Assembly (NCBI GenBank): GCA_002348345.1
Contig: DEAY01000329.1
Span: forward strand, 1-40,104
Origin: Verrucomicrobia bacterium UBA2970
GTDB lineage: Bacteria; Verrucomicrobiota; Verrucomicrobiia; Limisphaerales; AAA164-E04
DNA: 40,104 nucleotides
Direction of reading: 5' to 3'
A program made the translations under genes and the position numbers. The notes below the pieces were generated by a model. The model saw nothing but the letters and a program-made list of their open reading frames with translations. It did no database searches and was not told where the DNA came from. Of this stretch, positions 36,189 through 40,104 are shown piece after piece (within the stretch, counting starts at the first letter, position 1; each line of letters starts with the position of its first letter).

Positions 36189-36220
36189 GGCCGCTCCACA
36201 TCGGAGCGGCCATTTTTTTT
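36189..36220 (+). terminator. Rho-independent terminator
   Basis: Perfect 9-bp GC-rich stem ggccgctcc (36189-36197) / ggagcggcc (36203-36211), 5-nt loop acatc, then a + T8 (36213-36220). It begins 20 nt after the TAA at 36167-36169. Confidence 0.85.
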
Positions 36221-36347
36221 GTCTACTGTCCCAACGCATCAGGAATTGATAAACCAACAAGTTACAAATCACAAAATGGAGCAGAATCAACGGAACGTAT
36301 CGCTCTTAGACGAATAATTGACGGATTCATCTTTTTGTGAGGCGACA

Positions 36348-36377
36348 TTGACGGCACCTGTAAGAAATAGGTAACCT
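36348..36377 (+). promoter_or_regulatory. Candidate promoter of tRNA-Glu (and possibly the downstream ORF)
   Basis: TTGACG (36348-36353) - 18 nt - TAACCT (36372-36377), 13 nt before the mature tRNA 5' end. The octamer ATTGACGG occurs twice (36317-36324 and 36347-36354). Pattern match only. Confidence 0.3.
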
Positions 36378-36390
36378 GACCTCACAGATT

Positions 36391-36465
36391 GGCGCGTTCG
36401 TCTATCGGTTAGGACACGGCCCTCTCAAGGCCGAGAGACGGGTTCGATTCCCGTACGCGCTACCA
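36391..36465 (+). tRNA. tRNA-Glu (anticodon CUC), CCA encoded
   Basis: Hand-folded cloverleaf. Acceptor ggcgcgt/acgcgct (G1-U72 wobble). D-arm gtct/ggac with loop atcggtta. Anticodon stem cggcc/ggccg with loop c-t-CTC-a-a. 4-nt variable loop. T-arm acggg/cccgt with loop ttcgatt. Discriminator A plus CCA. The D-region 'GTCTAtcGGTTAGGACAC' is typical of tRNA-Glu. Confidence 0.95.
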
Positions 36466-36486
36466 TCCTTGTTCACCCGTTTGCCG

Positions 36487-36855
36487 ATGATTCCGTTCCA
36501 GATTATCTTTAATCCCCTTAGTGCTAAAGAGTTGGAGAAACTACCGAAGGAACTCCAGCTAGAGATCCTTGGAGACTTTCGCGGGTTCCCTCAGGACATT
36601 CGTTCATCGGAGATCGACCGATTCGGCGAACTTGAACGAAATGGAAAGAAACTTTATCGATATCGATTGGGAGATTACCGAGTCTATTTCGAGCGTTCGG
36701 AACTGGGCATCGTGATCCAACGGATTCTCAGTCGCAATACCTTGAAGGATTTCCTCTTCCGGTCGAGCCTGCCAACCGGGGAGGACCAGGCGCTGGAGCA
36801 GAATCCCAAGTTTTGGGATTTGATGGATACCAAAACAATTTCCCAAGCCAACTAG
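36487..36855 (+). CDS. RelE/ParE-fold toxin-like protein (orphan, with a C-terminal extension)
   Basis: 'IIFNPLSAKELEKLPKELQLEILGDF' and 'KLYRYRLGDYRVYFERSELGIVIQRILSRN' match the RelE/ParE pattern (i.f...A.kdl.kL.k... / yRlRvGDYRviY.i....v.v..i.hR). The first ATG (36487) is 21 nt after the tRNA CCA; the ORF-track TTG at 36469 is 3 nt after it. An extra tail of ~35 aa follows the toxin core. Confidence 0.6.
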   Translation: MIPFQIIFNPLSAKELEKLPKELQLEILGDFRGFPQDIRSSEIDRFGELERNGKKLYRYRLGDYRVYFERSELGIVIQRILSRNTLKDFLFRSSLPTGEDQALEQNPKFWDLMDTKTISQAN

Positions 36856-36883
36856 TGGGATGGGTCCGCTTTCGAGAGCGAAT

Positions 36884-37507
36884 CTACTCCAACTGATGTC
36901 CCAGTTCGACGTTCCAGTAGGCGACATCGAGAAAGTGCTTCCAGCTGTCATGCCCGTTCGTTCTTAGGTTCACCTGCATGAAGGGCCGCCATTTTGGTCG
37001 GGTCGGGGGACGAATCAAGTTCATGGACGCCTCCCGTGGTGTCCGGTTGGCTTTCCGTGTGTTGCAGGGTATACACGAGCAGACGATGTTCTCCCAACTC
37101 GTTGGACCTCCCCGATCTCGGGGAACGACGTGGTCGAGATTGAGATCGTTGCGTTCAAATACCCTGCCGCAGTACTGGCAGGTATTTTTGTCACGCTCAA
37201 AGATATTGTGTCGGGTGAACTTGACTTCCTTTTTTGGAAAACGATCGAAGACGGCCAGAAGGATTACTCGCGGGACACCGATTCGGAAGGAGACCGTTCG
37301 GACAAGATCCTCGGGTTTTCGGTCTTCGGTGAACGATTGCCATCGATCAAAGTCAAATGTTTGAAACTGGCCATCGGGTGACTCGTAAACCACCTCGGCG
37401 CGGCCCTCAAAGAGAAGCGTTAGGGCCCGTCTTGCCGTGCAAACGTTGACCGCTTGCCACAGTCGGTTAAGCACCAAAACCGGGCTTTGGAGGAGTAAGG
37501 GAGCCAT
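36884..37507 (-). CDS. HNH endonuclease (COG1403-type, conserved ~200-aa family)
   Basis: HNH core 'CQYCGRVFERNDLNLDHVVPRDRGGPTSWENIVCSCIPCNTRKANRTP' (CxxC ... DH ... N ... CxxCN). The N-terminal 'VLVLNRLWQAVNVCTARRALTLLFEGRAEVV' is typical of this stand-alone HNH family. AAGGAA lies 7 nt upstream of the ATG. The gene converges on the RelE-like gene with a 28-nt spacer. Confidence 0.9.
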   Translation of the reverse strand: MAPLLLQSPVLVLNRLWQAVNVCTARRALTLLFEGRAEVVYESPDGQFQTFDFDRWQSFTEDRKPEDLVRTVSFRIGVPRVILLAVFDRFPKKEVKFTRHNIFERDKNTCQYCGRVFERNDLNLDHVVPRDRGGPTSWENIVCSCIPCNTRKANRTPREASMNLIRPPTRPKWRPFMQVNLRTNGHDSWKHFLDVAYWNVELGHQLE

Positions 37508-37510
37508 AGA

Positions 37511-37540
37511 GATTCCTTACGGGACGTTACGGTGCTACCA
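37511..37540 (+). repeat. Degenerate direct copy of the tRNA-Glu 3' end (possible attR-like scar)
   Basis: The tRNA 3' end is gattcc-cgtacgc-gctacca (36446-36465). Here the sequence is gattcc (37511-16) - ttacgggacgttacggt - gctacca (37534-40), containing an internal 10-nt-period duplication of ttacgg (37517-22 and 37527-32). Removing one unit leaves about 17 of 20 matching positions. Orientation is the same as the tRNA. Confidence 0.35.
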
Positions 37541-37668
37541 CGATAGTGCCAATTGTGTCAACGTGGCGTTGGAAAAGGTTTTGGGGTAGATTAGTCTCGA
37601 TTTACGAAATGTGAGTTTTTAGGCTCAAGCTGTTTGCGGCTCACTTTGAGTGATAGAAAACAACAAAC

Positions 37669-39453
37669 ATGAAGAGTTTCTTCTTTCGGCTGTTGGTGGC
37701 ATGGACCTTTGTTGCTTGCGTTGGTGTGAAAGCAGCGGAGGCGAGTGATGAATATGTCTCCATTTATAGCTTGATCACCAAGGGAGACGAGATGCTGGGT
37801 TCGGACCTTCGTGGAGAGGCCGCCCAGTTCTACAGTGATGCGCATCGGAAATTGGTTGCTTTCAAGAGGGATTATCCCGGATGGAACGAACAGGTTGTCC
37901 GCTTTCGATTGAAGTATTTGGGCGAAAAGCTTGCCGGGCTCCCCGCCATCTCCCCAGAACCGTTGGAGAGCGTCCCGGCCATTGAGCTGGGTGTCGCCAC
38001 CGATCCGTCCGCTCCTTCTGCGACCCGAACCCGGCTCCTGGAGGGGCAGGTCGGTGCGCTCAGCGAACAGTTGCGGCAATTAACGGCTGACAACTCCCTC
38101 CTGCTTTCAAAGCTCCGGGAGGCCATGTCGGCTCGACCTGCTTCGGTGGACCCTTCCCAGGTGAGAAAGGCCGAAGCAAAGATTCTGGAACTGGAGAAGG
38201 AAAACGAATTGATCGAATTGCAGCTGCGGCGGGCCCTGGAGTCCAAAACAGCGGTAGCCACCGCCAATCCCGAAAACGATGAGGTGGCTGCCCTCCGGGA
38301 GCGTTACGGACAACTTCAGTCCGACAGAGTTCGGTTGCAGGCTCAGGTCGATGAGTTGGGTGCGGAACTCTCCAGGGCCCTTGGTGATTCGGGGGCCGGG
38401 ACCCAGCGAACCCAAACGGCTCAAGCAGGCGAAGTCACCCGGTTGACGGCGGAACGAGATCAACTTTTAGAGCAGATGGCTTCCCTGAAGCAAGGGGATG
38501 ACACGCGTGACACCATCGAGGAATTGATGAGGGAGAACGCGAGACTTCGGCGTCAGGCGGCTTCGCCTGCAGAGCCTGTGGGCCCTGCTACAAACGCTGA
38601 TGAAAAGCTATTGAAGCGGTTGAGTCAGCTTGAGAAGGAAAACCGGCAGCTTGGGGAACGGCTTTCGCAGCAACGTTCCGGTGAAAAAAGTCGGCTCAGT
38701 TGGTTGCCTGGGTTTGGGCGCCGGGGATCGAAGAATATCACTGTTATGGAAGCCCGGTTGGCCGTTTTGGAGGCTGAGAAAGACCCGTACTCTTCTGAAG
38801 AACTGGCCCTGCTGAAAGGGGCTCAGCTCGCCGAGGTGTCCGGTGTCATGACGGCGAATTCATCGGCGGCAAGCGCTCCAACGGCGGAGATTTCTCAGGC
38901 GGCGGCGGCTCTTGAGGCGGCGGCACAGCAGGCGGCGGAAAGCGGCGATTTTGCGACAGCTGAATCCAAATATGATGAGATTTTGGATCTGATTCCGAAT
39001 CATGCACCCAGTCTGGCGAGCCTCGCCCTCACGCAACTGAAACAAGAGAAACTGGGAGAAGCAGAAGCCAATCTTGAGATGGCACTCGAGATTGCTCCGG
39101 AAAACACTTACGCGCTTTTCCTAAGCGGTCTTTTGAAGATGGGACAGAATCGCTTTGACGAAGCCGTGACCTACTTGAGCCGAGCGACGGTATTGGATCC
39201 GGACGATGCTGAGGCCCAGAGTCATTTGGGAATTGCCTTAACCGAGGTCGGTCATCGCGGTCCCGCCGAGGCGGCGCTCCGCAAAGCCATCCGGCTGCGA
39301 CCCGGTTACGCCGAAGCCCACATTAATCTAGCCGTGGTCTATGCCTCCCAGGACCCACCGTTCAGGGAGTTGGCCAAGTATCACTATCAACAGGCGATGA
39401 ACTCCGGACATCCTGCCGATCCGCGAATCGAACAATTGATCAATAAGAACTAG
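37669..39453 (+). CDS. Secreted coiled-coil / tetratricopeptide-repeat protein
   Basis: Signal peptide MKSFFFRLLVAWTFVACVGVKAAEA. There is a long heptad-like Glu/Leu/Gln/Arg-rich central region (e.g. 'KILELEKENELIELQLRRALE', 'LSQLEKENRQLGERL'). The C-terminus has TPRs ('AESKYDEILDLIPNHAPSLASLALTQLKQEKLGEAEANLEMALEIAPEN', 'DEAVTYLSRATVLDPDDAEAQSHLGIAL', 'AEAALRKAIRLRPGYAEAHINLAVVY'). Confidence 0.85.
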   Translation: MKSFFFRLLVAWTFVACVGVKAAEASDEYVSIYSLITKGDEMLGSDLRGEAAQFYSDAHRKLVAFKRDYPGWNEQVVRFRLKYLGEKLAGLPAISPEPLESVPAIELGVATDPSAPSATRTRLLEGQVGALSEQLRQLTADNSLLLSKLREAMSARPASVDPSQVRKAEAKILELEKENELIELQLRRALESKTAVATANPENDEVAALRERYGQLQSDRVRLQAQVDELGAELSRALGDSGAGTQRTQTAQAGEVTRLTAERDQLLEQMASLKQGDDTRDTIEELMRENARLRRQAASPAEPVGPATNADEKLLKRLSQLEKENRQLGERLSQQRSGEKSRLSWLPGFGRRGSKNITVMEARLAVLEAEKDPYSSEELALLKGAQLAEVSGVMTANSSAASAPTAEISQAAAALEAAAQQAAESGDFATAESKYDEILDLIPNHAPSLASLALTQLKQEKLGEAEANLEMALEIAPENTYALFLSGLLKMGQNRFDEAVTYLSRATVLDPDDAEAQSHLGIALTEVGHRGPAEAALRKAIRLRPGYAEAHINLAVVYASQDPPFRELAKYHYQQAMNSGHPADPRIEQLINKN

Positions 39454-39512
39454 CTAAGGAACGGCGTCTTCCTTTGGTTCGGTGATGACAATTTGAAACC
39501 TTTGGAGCTTGA

Positions 39513-39932
39513 ATGAGGCAGGCCGTGGAAACGATCGCCATCCCGACTACCGGGCGCGGGCTCTACGAGTTTACCGATCGAGTACGGGGTTTGTTGACTG
39601 GGATCGGCATGTCCGAAGGAGCGGTCACGTTGCATGTCCAGCATACCTCCGCATCGCTCTTGATTCAGGAGAATGCCGATCCCGAGGTTCGTGAGGACTT
39701 GGAACGTTTTTTTGCCCGGATCTGCCCGGACGGTGATCCGATCTTTCAGCATACTTACGAGGGGCCCGATGACATGCCAGCTCATGTGAGAACGGCATTA
39801 ACCTCAGTCAATACAACGATTCCCTTCAAGTCCGGTGTCTTGATGTTGGGGACTTGGCAGGGGCTCTACCTTTGGGAACATCGTACTCATCCCCATCGCC
39901 GAGGCGTGATTGCCTACTTCTGCGGTGAGTGA
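39513..39932 (+). CDS. yjbQ: YjbQ/UPF0047 family protein (secondary thiamine-phosphate synthase enzyme)
   Basis: Collinear with E. coli YjbQ: 'GRGLYEFTD', 'LHVQHTSASLLIQENADPEVREDLERFF', 'YEGPDDMPAHVRTAL', 'GVLMLGTWQGLYLWEHR'. GGAG lies 5 nt upstream of the ATG. Confidence 0.93.
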   Translation: MRQAVETIAIPTTGRGLYEFTDRVRGLLTGIGMSEGAVTLHVQHTSASLLIQENADPEVREDLERFFARICPDGDPIFQHTYEGPDDMPAHVRTALTSVNTTIPFKSGVLMLGTWQGLYLWEHRTHPHRRGVIAYFCGE

Positions 39933-39954
39933 GCGGTGGTCATGCTTTCTGGGA

Positions 39955-40104
39955 ATGATGAGGACTTTTGTCGCTTCAATCGTTGCTTTGGGCGGTCTTG
40001 CCGTCAGCTTTGGAGGGGTCGGCGATCCGGTCGGTTTTGGCGGGCCGGAGATCTTTCCGATTGATCCACGCATTGGGCAGTTGATCTCAGCCGATGTGAA
40101 TCAA
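39955..40104 (+). CDS. 5' end of a secreted protein (3' end outside the window)
   Basis: ATGATG at 39955 opens a frame that stays open to the window edge: MMRTFVASIVALGGLAVSFGGVGDPVGFGGPEIFPIDPRIGQLISADVNQ. This is signal-peptide-like, and 'SADVNQ' is reminiscent of an FG-GAP/VCBS repeat start. It is too short for the ORF track, so the call is tentative. Confidence 0.4.
   Translation, partial: MMRTFVASIVALGGLAVSFGGVGDPVGFGGPEIFPIDPRIGQLISADVNQ

Noticed and set aside
36003-36317. A 104-aa ORF overlapping the PEP-CTERM gene 3' end and running through the terminator.
   Set aside because: It is an alternative frame of a well-supported gene and spans a perfect intrinsic terminator hairpin, so it is an implausible coding unit.
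39456-39474. A hairpin, aaggaa-cggcgtc-ttcctt, after the TPR gene stop.
   Set aside because: The stem is only 6 bp and AT-rich, with a poor U-tract. The yjbQ RBS follows closely, so read-through is equally likely.
1-40104. A search by eye for CRISPR arrays, IS elements/transposases, integrases, reverse transcriptases, phage genes and rRNA.
   Set aside because: I found no regularly spaced direct repeats and no ORF with transposase, integrase or RT motifs. The only RNA gene found is tRNA-Glu. A formal scan with repeat finders or Infernal was not possible here.

Overview
This is a densely coding, GC-rich segment (high-50s % GC by eye). Its gene content points to the PVC superphylum, most likely Verrucomicrobiota. 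The evidence is a PEP-CTERM protein, a Pirellula/Verrucomicrobium-type dehydrogenase-HEAT-cytochrome c giant protein, and three tandem pairs of Planctomycete-type CxxCH 'PSCyt/PSD' proteins with Tat-exported DUF1501/DUF1552 partners. Gene order: (1) RND efflux adaptor (5' partial) plus permease. (2) A convergent operon, Gfo/Idh/MocA oxidoreductase followed by a 1408-aa secreted multidomain heme protein. (3) A divergent, tightly coupled operon: MFS transporter, two atypical Gfo/Idh/MocA paralogs, HpcH/HpaI aldolase. (4) pdxJ, preceded by an overlapping orphan exported protein. (5) A His-rich lipoprotein. (6) A ~17-kb minus-strand block: MidA-like methyltransferase, LysR regulator, DUF1549/DUF1553 + DUF1501, two [DUF1592-type + DUF1552] pairs, and a HEAT-repeat protein. 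(7) An AT-richer locus with a tandem-repeat secreted protein, a PEP-CTERM protein and a clean intrinsic terminator. (8) tRNA-Glu(CUC), followed by a ~1-kb RelE/ParE-like + HNH endonuclease module bracketed by a degenerate copy of the tRNA 3' end. (9) A coiled-coil/TPR protein, YjbQ, and the 5' end of a secreted protein. I saw no CRISPR array, IS element, integrase, rRNA or prophage genes. The best candidates for undescribed biology are: (i) the LysR-headed array of three 'CxxCH giant + Tat partner' modules, (ii) the tRNA-Glu-linked RelE-like/HNH mini-module, (iii) the secreted-repeat/PEP-CTERM pair, and (iv) the His-rich Cys-motif lipoprotein. All family assignments come from motif recognition by eye on the supplied translations. 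No database search was run.
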